Shown one piece after another: positions 1 to 8,422 of a stretch of DNA of 32,000 nucleotides. Both the position numbers and the translations under genes were made by a program. The DNA comes from Candidatus Saccharimonadota bacterium (GTDB lineage Bacteria; Patescibacteriota; Patescibacteriia; 2-12-FULL-60-25). The notes under the pieces are model-generated. The model was not told the DNA's origin, did no database searches, and worked only from the letters and a program-made list of their open reading frames with translations. The stretch's first letter is position 1, and every line of letters begins with the position of its first letter. The stretch spans positions 900,001-932,000 of the forward strand of contig CP064964.1 in assembly GCA_016699205.1 (NCBI GenBank). The letters run 5' to 3'.

Positions 1-208
1 CAAGGACCAGGAGCGTATGCCAGGTTCGATCGGTGCCGGTGGTCCGCAGCACGTATTCAAGGGACGCCGCATGGCTGGTCACATGGGTGACGAGCGCGTG
101 ACGATCAAGAACCTTGAAGTCGTCGAGATCCGTGAGGGCGGCATTATCGCTCTCAAGGGTGCGGTACCAGGTGCGCGCCACGCCATTATTGAAATCCACT
201 CCGCCTAA
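1..208 (+). CDS. rplC: 50S ribosomal protein L3, C-terminal fragment (5' end upstream of window)
   Basis: Frame open from base 2; ...PGSIGAGGPQHVFKGRRMAGHMGDERVTIKNLEVV... matches the conserved L3 C-terminus; directly precedes rplD. Confidence 0.9.
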   Translation, partial: KDQERMPGSIGAGGPQHVFKGRRMAGHMGDERVTIKNLEVVEIREGGIIALKGAVPGARHAIIEIHSA

Positions 209-209
209 T

Positions 210-836
210 ATGACGAGCATTTCTATCTACAACCAGGACGGCAAGGCCGTTGGTGAACTCGCTCTCAACGAGGCGTTGTTTGGTATCAAGCCTAACAAGG
301 CATTGGTACACGAGGTCATGGTTGCCCAGCGCAACAATGCCCGCCGCGCGATTGCTAACACCAAGACCAAGGGTGAAGTACGCGGTGGTGGTAAGAAGCC
401 GTGGAAGCAGAAGGGTACGGGCCGCGCTCGTCAGGGTTCCATCCGCAACCCGCAGTGGATTGGCGGTGGTATCGCTTTTGGTCCAACTTCCGAACGCAAT
501 TTTTCCCAGAAAGTAAACAAGAAGGCCAAGCGCACAGCGCTCCTCATGGCTTTGTCTGACAAGGTTCTCGACAAGAAGATGATTGCTATTGAAGCGATCA
601 AGACCGACGCGCCTAAGACCAAGGTCATGGCCGAGATGATCAAGAAGTTGCCGCTTGATCGCAACACGCTTTTGGTTGCATCCGCTTCCAATCCGTCCTT
701 GCTCCGCATGGTCCGCAACATTCCTAACGTTAAACTCGTGACCGCTAACAGCGTGAACTTGAATGACGTTCTTACCTATCGCTCGGTCGCCTTCCTCAAG
801 GACGCGGTCGCTGCGTTTGAGAAGATTTACGCCTAA
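210..836 (+). CDS. rplD: 50S ribosomal protein L4
   Basis: ATG at 210, 1 nt after the rplC stop (TAATATG); GGGKKPWKQKGTGRARQGS L4 signature; the upstream part of ORF 114..836 overlaps rplC and is rejected. Confidence 0.95.
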   Translation: MTSISIYNQDGKAVGELALNEALFGIKPNKALVHEVMVAQRNNARRAIANTKTKGEVRGGGKKPWKQKGTGRARQGSIRNPQWIGGGIAFGPTSERNFSQKVNKKAKRTALLMALSDKVLDKKMIAIEAIKTDAPKTKVMAEMIKKLPLDRNTLLVASASNPSLLRMVRNIPNVKLVTANSVNLNDVLTYRSVAFLKDAVAAFEKIYA

Positions 837-840
837 TCCT

Positions 841-1266
841 ATGCCACTTCTCGACCGTTTCCTCAAAAAGGACGACGCTCCGGCTAAAAAGCCGGCTGCC
901 AAGAAGGCTCCAGCCAAAAAGGTTGCAGCCAAAAAGGCAGAAGCGACATCGGATAAGCCGGCCGTCACAGGCAAGGCCGACGCGATGGCGATCCGTCTTC
1001 TTACCAAGCCGCATGTCAGTGAAAAGGCTGCTCGCCTTGCTGACACTGGTACGTATGTCTTTGATGTTCCGATGAGCGCCGAAAAGGTGTCCATCCGCAA
1101 GGCTGTTGAATCGCTTTACAACGTTCATGTTGAAGGCGTCCGCATTATCCGCGTCGCCGGTAAACCGATGCGCCGCGGTAAGCGCGTCAGCTTCCGCCGC
1201 GATGTTAAAAAGGCTCTTGTCACCTTGAAGAAGGGTGAGACGCTTAGCCTGTACGAAGGAGTCTAA
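841..1266 (+). CDS. rplW: 50S ribosomal protein L23 with Lys/Ala-rich N-terminal extension
   Basis: ATG 841 in a TAATCCTATG junction; C-terminal part ...YVFDVPMSAEKVSIRKAVESLYNVHVEGVRII... is L23-like; conserved position between rplD and rplB. Confidence 0.9.
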   Translation: MPLLDRFLKKDDAPAKKPAAKKAPAKKVAAKKAEATSDKPAVTGKADAMAIRLLTKPHVSEKAARLADTGTYVFDVPMSAEKVSIRKAVESLYNVHVEGVRIIRVAGKPMRRGKRVSFRRDVKKALVTLKKGETLSLYEGV

Positions 1267-1270
1267 TCCT

Positions 1271-2110
1271 ATGCCTATCAAGAAAATCCGCCCGAATCAC
1301 GCCGGGTCGCGAAATCTCTCGGTGCAGAGCTTTGCCGACGTCACCTCGACGGAACCGGACAAGTCTCTCATCTCATTCCGCAAATCCAATGCGGGTCGTT
1401 CGCTTGGAAAAATCGCTGTCCGTCATCAAGGCGGCGGTGCTCGTCGCTATCTTCGTGATGTCGACTTCAAGCGCACCCGTTTTGATATTCCGGCTACGGT
1501 GAAGACCATCGAGTACGATCCGAACCGCGGAGCGCGTATTGCGTTGATCAACTACAAGGATGGTGTGAAGAGCTATATCCTTGCTCCGGAGAATTTGAAG
1601 GTGGGGGATGTTGTCGTCTCCTCGATGAACGAGGCAGAAATCAACGTTGGCAACCGTTTGCCGCTTTCCAAGATTCCGCTGGGTGCCTTAGTGCACTCCG
1701 TTGAACTCGCTCCAGGTAAGGGCGGTCAGCTTGGACATGGTGCCGGTTCACGTATTGAGTTCATGGCCCTTGAAGACGATTGGGCTGCATTGAAACTTCC
1801 ATCCGGTGAAGTGCGCCGCGTTCCTAAGACCTGTATGGCCACGATCGGTACGGTATCCAACCCGGACTGGCACTTGGTCCGATGGGGTAAGGCCGGCCGC
1901 ATGCGCCATCGCGGCATTAAGCCGACGGTTCGCGGTAAGGTCATGAACCCGGTTGATCACCCGCACGGTGGTGGTGAAGGTAAGCATCCGATCGGTATGA
2001 AGTACGCCAAGACCAAGTGGGGCAAGCACGCCCTCGGCGTCAAGACACGCAAGCGCAATCTCTCCAGCAATAAACTCATTATCTCGCGCCGTAAGGGTAA
2101 GACCCTCTAA
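1271..2110 (+). CDS. rplB: 50S ribosomal protein L2
   Basis: ATG 1271 in a TAATCCTATG junction; MPIKKIRP..., ...VMNPVDHPHGGGEGK... L2 signature. Confidence 0.97.
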   Translation: MPIKKIRPNHAGSRNLSVQSFADVTSTEPDKSLISFRKSNAGRSLGKIAVRHQGGGARRYLRDVDFKRTRFDIPATVKTIEYDPNRGARIALINYKDGVKSYILAPENLKVGDVVVSSMNEAEINVGNRLPLSKIPLGALVHSVELAPGKGGQLGHGAGSRIEFMALEDDWAALKLPSGEVRRVPKTCMATIGTVSNPDWHLVRWGKAGRMRHRGIKPTVRGKVMNPVDHPHGGGEGKHPIGMKYAKTKWGKHALGVKTRKRNLSSNKLIISRRKGKTL

Positions 2111-2119
2111 TCCACGCCT

Positions 2120-2440
2120 ATGTCACGAAGTCTCAAAAAGGGCCCGTTCACCGACGAGAAGCTTCTCGCCAAGGTGAAGAAAGCCGGCCCCGGATCCAAG
2201 ACCGTCATCAAGACCTGGTCGCGCGCATCCACGATTACCCCAGAAATGGTCGGTATGACGTTTGGCGTACACAATGGCAAATTGCACATCCCGGTGCATG
2301 TCGTTGAGAACATGGTCGGCCATAAGCTGGGTGAGTTTTCCCTGACGCGCAAGTTTACCCGCCACGGAGGCAAGTTGGCCAAGACCGACGCTGCCGCTCC
2401 GGCTGCTGCCGCTGCTCCGGCTCCGGCTGCCAAGAAATAA
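2120..2440 (+). CDS. rpsS: 30S ribosomal protein S19 (Ala/Pro-rich C-terminal tail)
   Basis: [10 protein letters not shown]...GVHNGK...GHKLGEF; conserved operon position. Confidence 0.95.
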   Translation: MSRSLKKGPFTDEKLLAKVKKAGPGSKTVIKTWSRASTITPEMVGMTFGVHNGKLHIPVHVVENMVGHKLGEFSLTRKFTRHGGKLAKTDAAAPAAAAAPAPAAKK

Positions 2441-2446
2441 ACGAAT

Positions 2447-2851
2447 ATGGATGTACACGCTTCCCTCCGTTTTCTCCGCATGTCGCCCCGCAAGGTCCGA
2501 CTCGTGGTTGATGCTGTCCGCGGCATGTCTGTTATGGCTGCCGAGACCAAGCTCACATTCTTGCCAAAGCTCGCTGCTACTCCGGTACACAAGCTTTTGC
2601 GCTCCGCTATCGCTAACGCCGAGCACAATTTTCATCTTAAGCCAGAGGATCTCTTCATTAAGACCATCGTCGCTGACGGCGGTCCGACTTTGAAGCGCTC
2701 CCGCGCCCGCGCCTTTGGCCGTGCGGCTCCGATCCGCAAGCGCACGACGCACATCACGCTCGTGCTCTCTAACGATGCACGCGAAGTAAAGGCAAAGAAG
2801 AAGGCACCGGCCAAGGCTAAGAAGGCCCCGGTTAAGACGGAAACCAAATAA
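2447..2851 (+). CDS. rplV: 50S ribosomal protein L22 (Lys/Ala-rich C-terminal tail)
   Basis: ...LRFLRMSPRKVRLVVDAVRG... L22 signature; operon position. Confidence 0.95.
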   Translation: MDVHASLRFLRMSPRKVRLVVDAVRGMSVMAAETKLTFLPKLAATPVHKLLRSAIANAEHNFHLKPEDLFIKTIVADGGPTLKRSRARAFGRAAPIRKRTTHITLVLSNDAREVKAKKKAPAKAKKAPVKTETK

Positions 2852-2855
2852 TCCT

Positions 2856-3656
2856 ATGGGACATAAAGTAAATCCTAAAGTTTTCCGCCTCGGCACTACG
2901 GTCACTTGGCCGTCGCGCTGGATGGCTCGTGACGATGCGTATCGCGCCAACTTGCGCCAGGATTTGGCGATCCGCGACTTCCTCAAGAAGGATCTCAAGG
3001 ATGCAGCGATTAGCCGTATTGAAATCGAGCGCTCGCGCGGCACGATGGCTGTAACGGTGCACTCGGCTAAGCCGGGTCTCGTGATCGGCCGTTCCGGTGA
3101 AGGCGCTGACGGACTCAAGAAGAAGCTTCTCAAGAAGTTTTTCCCGAGCAAGGCCAAGAGCGTCCAGCTCGCCGTTAACGTCGTCGAGATCGGACGTCCG
3201 TCTCTTGATGCCGCTCTCGTCGTCCAGGGCGTGATTGCCGACCTTGAGCGCCGCATGCCATTCCGCCGCGTCCTCAAGATGTCGATCGAACGCGTGAAAA
3301 AGGGCGGAGCCCTTGGCGTGAAGGTTGCCGTCTCCGGCCGTTTGAACGGTGCAGAAATTGCCCGCCGCGAATGGTTGGCTTGGGGCAAGATTCCGCTCAC
3401 GAACCTCCGCGCTGATATCGACTACGCTGCTGATGCCGCCCGCACGATGGCTGGTGCTATCGGTGTAAAAGTCTGGATCTATCGCGGCGACGTGTTTGCC
3501 CAGGATCGTTTGAACCAGTATCAGCCGACAACTCCTTCCCGTGGCCGCGGTGGTCGCGATGGAGATCGCGGACCTCGCTCCGCCCCGCGCGCTCCGCGTG
3601 GTGAAGCCGCTTCATTCGCCCCAACGGATAAGCCGGAAACGGCTCCCGCTGCCTAA
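2856..3656 (+). CDS. rpsC: 30S ribosomal protein S3 (Arg/Gly/Pro-rich C-terminal tail)
   Basis: MGHKVNPKVFRLG... KH domain; ...GAEIARREW... ; operon position. Confidence 0.95.
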   Translation: MGHKVNPKVFRLGTTVTWPSRWMARDDAYRANLRQDLAIRDFLKKDLKDAAISRIEIERSRGTMAVTVHSAKPGLVIGRSGEGADGLKKKLLKKFFPSKAKSVQLAVNVVEIGRPSLDAALVVQGVIADLERRMPFRRVLKMSIERVKKGGALGVKVAVSGRLNGAEIARREWLAWGKIPLTNLRADIDYAADAARTMAGAIGVKVWIYRGDVFAQDRLNQYQPTTPSRGRGGRDGDRGPRSAPRAPRGEAASFAPTDKPETAPAA

Positions 3657-3669
3657 TTAACCCACTCGT

Positions 3670-4080
3670 ATGTTGATTCCAAAAAAAGTCAAACACCGCA
3701 AGTGGCACAAGGGCCGCGCGCGTAACATCCGCACAGCGACAACCAAGCTTGAACTCTCGTTTGGAAGCTTCGGCCTCAAGGCGATGACGCCAGCCTGGCT
3801 CTCGAGTCAGGAGATCGAAGCAGGCCGCCGTGTTCTCACTCGCTACATCAAGAAGGGTGGAAAGGTCTGGATCCGCGTTTTCCCGGACAAGCCGATCACC
3901 AAGAAGGGTAACGAAGTGCCGATGGGATCCGGTAAAGGTGCGGTTGACCACTATGTCGCCGTCGTCCGACCGGGCACCGTGATTTACGAAATGGATGGTA
4001 TTCCGGCCGATCAGGCTAAGATTGCACTTCAAAGTGCGGCCTATAAGCTCTCGCCGGTGTGCAAGTTCATTAGCAACTAG
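3670..4080 (+). CDS. rplP: 50S ribosomal protein L16
   Basis: [16 protein letters not shown]... L16 N-terminus; operon position. Confidence 0.95.
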   Translation: MLIPKKVKHRKWHKGRARNIRTATTKLELSFGSFGLKAMTPAWLSSQEIEAGRRVLTRYIKKGGKVWIRVFPDKPITKKGNEVPMGSGKGAVDHYVAVVRPGTVIYEMDGIPADQAKIALQSAAYKLSPVCKFISN

Positions 4081-4083
4081 TCT

Positions 4084-4287
4084 ATGTCTAAAGAACTTCA
4101 GCAGAAGTCCGCCGCCGAGCTTAGCCGCGACGCCGCCGACCTGCGCAGCTCGATCCGTGAACTCCGGTTCAAGATCGCGACCCGTCAGCACGGAAAAGTC
4201 CGCGACATGCGCCTCAAGAAGCGCGACCTCGCACGACTCCTCACCGCTCTCGCCACAAAGCCAAAGTCCGAGATCACTCTTGCCTAA
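4084..4287 (+). CDS. rpmC: 50S ribosomal protein L29
   Basis: 67-aa helical protein between rplP and rpsQ; ...ELRFKIATRQ... pattern. Confidence 0.9.
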   Translation: MSKELQQKSAAELSRDAADLRSSIRELRFKIATRQHGKVRDMRLKKRDLARLLTALATKPKSEITLA

Positions 4288-4290
4288 CGT

Positions 4291-4572
4291 ATGAAATCCA
4301 CTAACACACAACCTTCCGCGAAAGCCGAAGGCCAACCACGCCGCCTCCAAGGTGTTGTCGTTTCCACGGCAATGCAGAAGACGGCTGTGGTCCGCGTGGA
4401 TCGCCGCGTGGCTCATGCGAAGTACGGCAAGTACTTCACGATTTCCAATAAGTTCAAGATCCATGACCCGGAGAGCGCTTGCAAACTGGGTGATGTCGTC
4501 GAGTTCCAGGAAACGCGTCCGATCTCCAAGGACAAGCATTTCAAGTATTTGTCCACGGTTTCCGCTGCCTAA
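4291..4572 (+). CDS. rpsQ: 30S ribosomal protein S17
   Basis: ...[30 protein letters not shown]... S17 OB-fold signature. Confidence 0.9.
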   Translation: MKSTNTQPSAKAEGQPRRLQGVVVSTAMQKTAVVRVDRRVAHAKYGKYFTISNKFKIHDPESACKLGDVVEFQETRPISKDKHFKYLSTVSAA

Positions 4573-4573
4573 T

Positions 4574-4945
4574 ATGGTTCAACATCGCTCTATGCTCGCC
4601 GTGGCAGACAACACGGGAGCCAAACTCCTCCAGGTGATCCAGGTCACTGGCGGTTACAAGAAGCGCTACGCCGTACTCGGTGACGTTGTGACGTGTGTCG
4701 TCAAAATTGCCGACCCGCGTGGCACCGTAAAGAAGTCGGATGTCGTTAAGGCGGTTCTCGTGCGTACGCGCAAAGAGACGCGCCGCCCGGACGGCACATA
4801 TATTCGTTTCGATGAAAACGCCGGTGTTATCGTCGATCTCAAGAACAAGGAACCCAAGGGTACGCGTATCTTTGGACCTGTTGCGCGTGAATTGCGCGGT
4901 CGTGGCTATGCCAAGATCGTGTCGCTTGCGCCGGAAGTCCTCTAA
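4574..4945 (+). CDS. rplN: 50S ribosomal protein L14
   Basis: ATG 4574 (TAATATG junction); [17 protein letters not shown]...; the longer ORF from 4352 overlaps rpsQ and is rejected. Confidence 0.95.
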   Translation: MVQHRSMLAVADNTGAKLLQVIQVTGGYKKRYAVLGDVVTCVVKIADPRGTVKKSDVVKAVLVRTRKETRRPDGTYIRFDENAGVIVDLKNKEPKGTRIFGPVARELRGRGYAKIVSLAPEVL

Positions 4946-4951
4946 GCCTTT

Positions 4952-5224
4952 ATGATCAAACTCCAACTCAAAACGGGTGACGAAGTCATCGTCATTGCCG
5001 GAAAGAACAAGGGGAAGAAGGGGAAAGTCGTGCAAACGCTTCCCAAGCTTAACCGTGTCGTGATCGAAGGCGTGAACATGACCAAGCGCCACATGCGCTC
5101 GCGTCGTTCCGAGGACAAAGGCCAGGTGATCGAGTTTGCCATGCCGATCCACGCTTCAAACGTGCAGCCCGTTGGTTCCAACGGTAAACCGATGCGCCAC
5201 TCCAAGGCGCGTAAGACTGCCTAA
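4952..5224 (+). CDS. rplX: 50S ribosomal protein L24
   Basis: ...KTGDEVIVIAGKNKGKKGKV... KOW motif. Confidence 0.9.
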   Translation: MIKLQLKTGDEVIVIAGKNKGKKGKVVQTLPKLNRVVIEGVNMTKRHMRSRRSEDKGQVIEFAMPIHASNVQPVGSNGKPMRHSKARKTA

Positions 5225-5227
5225 CCT

Positions 5228-5764
5228 ATGACACTTCAAGAACGCTACAATAAGGAGATCGTTCCGGCTCTTACCAAGGAGTTCGGAATCGAGAACCGCA
5301 TGGCCGTCCCGAAGGTCACGTCGGTTACGGTTTCTGTCGGCTTGTCGCAAGGCATCAAGGATCCGAAGGTGCTTGAGATGGTTGAGGCAACGCTCCGCCG
5401 CATCACCGGACAGAAGCCGGTGAAGACCAAGGCAAAAAAGTCCATCGCGAGCTTTAAAATCCGTGAAGGTATGATCGTCGGTATGATGGTCACGATTCGC
5501 GGCAAGCGCATGTGGGATTTTCTCACCCGCTTCACCCAGTTCACATTCCCTCGCATCCGCGACTTCCGCGGTATTTCAAAGCAGGGCATTGATGGCCGCG
5601 GCAACTTCTCGATCGGCTTCCGTGAGAACCTCGCGTTCCCGGAAATCCGCCCGGATGAAGTCGAACGCGTGCATGGCCTCCAAGTCACCGTGTCCACCAC
5701 GGCCGGAACCCGCGAGCGCGGCGAAGCGCTCCTGCGCGCTCTCGGTTTCCCATTCAACAACTAG
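5228..5764 (+). CDS. rplE: 50S ribosomal protein L5
   Basis: MTLQERYNKEIVPAL...FPEI... L5 signature. Confidence 0.95.
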   Translation: MTLQERYNKEIVPALTKEFGIENRMAVPKVTSVTVSVGLSQGIKDPKVLEMVEATLRRITGQKPVKTKAKKSIASFKIREGMIVGMMVTIRGKRMWDFLTRFTQFTFPRIRDFRGISKQGIDGRGNFSIGFRENLAFPEIRPDEVERVHGLQVTVSTTAGTRERGEALLRALGFPFNN

Positions 5765-5767
5765 TCT

Positions 5768-5953
5768 ATGGCTACTCAAGCGCAAATCGCCAAGTCACTT
5801 CGTAAACCGAAGTTCTCTACACGTGAGGTCCGCCGTTGCTGGCGCTGCGGCCGTAAGCACGCTTTCATGCGCGACTTCGGCATCTGCCGCATCTGCTTCC
5901 GCGAACTGGCCAACCGTGGCGAGCTTCCGGGTGTGACCAAATCGAGCTGGTAA
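5768..5953 (+). CDS. rpsN: 30S ribosomal protein S14, zinc-binding type Z (61 aa)
   Basis: [23 protein letters not shown] = CxxC...CxxC; short form; between rplE and rpsH. Confidence 0.95.
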   Translation: MATQAQIAKSLRKPKFSTREVRRCWRCGRKHAFMRDFGICRICFRELANRGELPGVTKSSW

Positions 5954-5957
5954 TCCT

Positions 5958-6350
5958 ATGTATACCGATCCAATTAGCGACTTTCTGACCCGCATTCGCA
6001 ACGCGTATGCGGCCGGACTCGACACGATGAGCGTGCCGGGTTCGCGTATCAAACTTTCGATCGCCAAAGTGCTCGAGCGCGAAGGTTTTATCGCCAGCGT
6101 CAAAGAATCTTCCGAAGGACCAAAGAAATCCTTGGAAGTGACCTTGAAGTATGACGGTAAGGTTCCAGCACTCCGATCGATCGACCGTATCTCCACGCCA
6201 GGTCGCCGCGTGTATTCCAAATCGATTGAACTGCGTCCGGTTTTGTCCGGCCAGGGTATTGCGATTCTGTCGACGTCGGCAGGTATCATGACCAACCGCG
6301 AGGCTCGCCGCCGCAAGCTCGGTGGAGAAGTTCTCTGCGAAGTTTCCTAA
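5958..6350 (+). CDS. rpsH: 30S ribosomal protein S8
   Basis: MYTDPISDFLTRIRNA... S8 N-terminus. Confidence 0.95.
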   Translation: MYTDPISDFLTRIRNAYAAGLDTMSVPGSRIKLSIAKVLEREGFIASVKESSEGPKKSLEVTLKYDGKVPALRSIDRISTPGRRVYSKSIELRPVLSGQGIAILSTSAGIMTNREARRRKLGGEVLCEVS

Positions 6351-6360
6351 TCTCTATTCT

Positions 6361-6909
6361 ATGTCTCGTATTGGCAAAAAACCGATTCTCCTGCCCTCGG
6401 GCATCGACCTCACGGTCGAGGCTGGGAAGGTGATCGTGAAGGGCCCCAAGGCTTCACTCACGGTTCCGCTTCCTCCGCACTCTTCTGTTTCTCTTGAAGC
6501 AGAACCCCGAAGCGCCGTCGTGAATGTTGAACAGCCGGATAACGTCTATCAGCGCGCCATCTGGGGTCTTACTCGCCAGCTCATCGCGAACGCGGTGGAA
6601 GGTTTGCAAAAGCCTTACGAGAAGTCTTTGGAATTTGTCGGCGTCGGTTACAAGGTCGCGCTTGAAGGCAAGACCGTTGTGATGGACGTTGGTTTTTCTC
6701 ACAGCATTAAATTTCCGCTTCCGGAAGGTATCGAGGGCAAAGTTGAAAAACAGGTGCTCACGATCTCCGGTGCCGATAAGCACATGGTTGGCGAAATTGC
6801 AGCCCAGATCCGCCGCAAGCGTCCGCCAGAACCTTATAAGGGCAAGGGTGTGAAATACACCGACGAAACGATTCGCCGCAAAGCCGGTAAGACGGCTAAG
6901 ACTGCCTAA
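6361..6909 (+). CDS. rplF: 50S ribosomal protein L6
   Basis: ATG 6361, MSRIGKKPI...; the longer ORF from 6322 overlaps rpsH and is rejected. Confidence 0.95.
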   Translation: MSRIGKKPILLPSGIDLTVEAGKVIVKGPKASLTVPLPPHSSVSLEAEPRSAVVNVEQPDNVYQRAIWGLTRQLIANAVEGLQKPYEKSLEFVGVGYKVALEGKTVVMDVGFSHSIKFPLPEGIEGKVEKQVLTISGADKHMVGEIAAQIRRKRPPEPYKGKGVKYTDETIRRKAGKTAKTA

Positions 6910-6918
6910 TCCACTCCT

Positions 6919-7278
6919 ATGTCTCTCAACACTTCCAACGCCCGAGCCCGCCGCATCGCACGCGTGCGCGCCAAGGTCACCGGCTCGAACGAGCGTCCGC
7001 GTCTCGCGGTTGCCCGTACGCTCGCGCATATCTATGCGCAGGTTATCGATGACCGTGCTGGCAAGACGATCGCCGCTGCAAGCGACGCCGATCTTTCCGA
7101 CGCCGACCGCAAGGGTAAAACCAAGTCCGAGATCTCGACATTGGTGGGCAAGCTCGTCGCCGAGCGCGCCAAGGCCAAGGGCATTTCGTCGGTCGTTTTT
7201 GACCGCCGCGACAAGCGTTATCATGGCCGCGTAAAAGCCGTCGCTGACGGTGCGCGTGAAGCCGGATTGACTTTCTAA
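6919..7278 (+). CDS. rplR: 50S ribosomal protein L18
   Basis: ...[12 protein letters not shown]...[17 protein letters not shown]... L18 signature. Confidence 0.95.
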   Translation: MSLNTSNARARRIARVRAKVTGSNERPRLAVARTLAHIYAQVIDDRAGKTIAAASDADLSDADRKGKTKSEISTLVGKLVAERAKAKGISSVVFDRRDKRYHGRVKAVADGAREAGLTF

Positions 7279-7281
7279 TCT

Positions 7282-7959
7282 ATGAACGAAGAAACAAACA
7301 AGCCGAACCCAGAAGTCGCCGCTCCAGCACCTGCTCCGAGCGCTGCTGCTCCTGCTGGTCGCGGAGGTTTCCGTGGTCAGGGTGGCCGCGGTGGTGATCG
7401 CCGTGGCGGTCCGGGCGGCCAAGGCGGCCGCGGTGGACGTGCCGGAGGCGGTCGCGACCGTCGTCCGCGTATGGATGTCCCGGCTGAAGCCGACTACGAA
7501 GAAAAGAACATTGAAGTCGCCCGTGTTACGCGTGTGACCAAGGGTGGTAAGCGCATGCGCTTCCGCGTCTTGACCGTTATCGGTAACCGCAAGGGCCGTG
7601 CCGGATTTGGCTTGGCCAAGGGCGTGGACGTTGCCGGTGCTACTGCCAAGGCAACGACTCAGGCTCGTAAAGCTCTCTTCACTGTTCCGCTTGTCAAAGG
7701 AACGATTCCGCATGCCGTAGAAGCCAAGTTTGGCGCCGCGTATGTGATCTTGAAGCCAGCTCCGGAAGGTACGGGTGTGAAGGCCGGTGGCGCTGTGCGC
7801 ATCGTGCTTGAACTCGCTGGTGTTCCGAACGTCGTATCCAAGATTCTTGGTTCCAAGAACAAGACCAACAACGTCAAAGCGACGTTTGCTGCCCTCCGCA
7901 AATTGCGTTTGTCCACTCGCACGGCAGCCGCTCAGGCTCCTGTAGAGAAGACCGCCTAA
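7282..7959 (+). CDS. rpsE: 30S ribosomal protein S5 with about 70-aa Ala/Pro plus RGG-rich N-terminal extension
   Basis: Core ...ARVTRVTKGGKRMRFRVLTVIGN... is S5; the N-terminus is GRGGFRGQGGRGGDRRGGPGGQGGRGGRAGGGRDRR. Confidence 0.95.
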   Translation: MNEETNKPNPEVAAPAPAPSAAAPAGRGGFRGQGGRGGDRRGGPGGQGGRGGRAGGGRDRRPRMDVPAEADYEEKNIEVARVTRVTKGGKRMRFRVLTVIGNRKGRAGFGLAKGVDVAGATAKATTQARKALFTVPLVKGTIPHAVEAKFGAAYVILKPAPEGTGVKAGGAVRIVLELAGVPNVVSKILGSKNKTNNVKATFAALRKLRLSTRTAAAQAPVEKTA

Positions 7960-7963
7960 TCCT

Positions 7964-8401
7964 ATGTCTCTTACTCTCAACAACCTCGCGCCCAAGTTTG
8001 GCTCGCGCTCCAAGCGTTTCCGCATTGGTCGCGGTGCTGGTAGTGGTCGCGGCAAGACCGCAGGTAAAGGTACGAAGGGTCAGAAGTCCCGTACTGGCGG
8101 TACGCACAAACTCAAGCTCAAGGGCTTGAAGCAGATGCTGCTGTCCTTCCCAAAGAGCCGCGGTTTCCTTAGCCGCTACGCAAAAGTCGCTTCCATTCCG
8201 CTCAAGCGTCTTTCTGTCTATGCTAGTGGAGATACGGTTTCTATCGAGACGCTGCGCGAGAAGGGACTGATCAACCGTATCGATCTTGAGGCCAAGATTG
8301 TCGGCAACGGATCGTTCGACAAAAAGCTTACCGTTAGCGGCGTTGCTGTGACGGCAGGTTCCAAGGCAGCGATTGAAGCAGCAGGCGGTTCGGTCAAATA
8401 A
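7964..8401 (+). CDS. rplO: 50S ribosomal protein L15
   Basis: ...GRGAGSGRGKTAGKGTKGQKSR... L15 signature; follows rpsE after 4 nt, leaving no room for rpmD. Confidence 0.93.
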   Translation: MSLTLNNLAPKFGSRSKRFRIGRGAGSGRGKTAGKGTKGQKSRTGGTHKLKLKGLKQMLLSFPKSRGFLSRYAKVASIPLKRLSVYASGDTVSIETLREKGLINRIDLEAKIVGNGSFDKKLTVSGVAVTAGSKAAIEAAGGSVK

Positions 8402-8422
8402 ATCTTCCTTCCTTTTCGTCTT

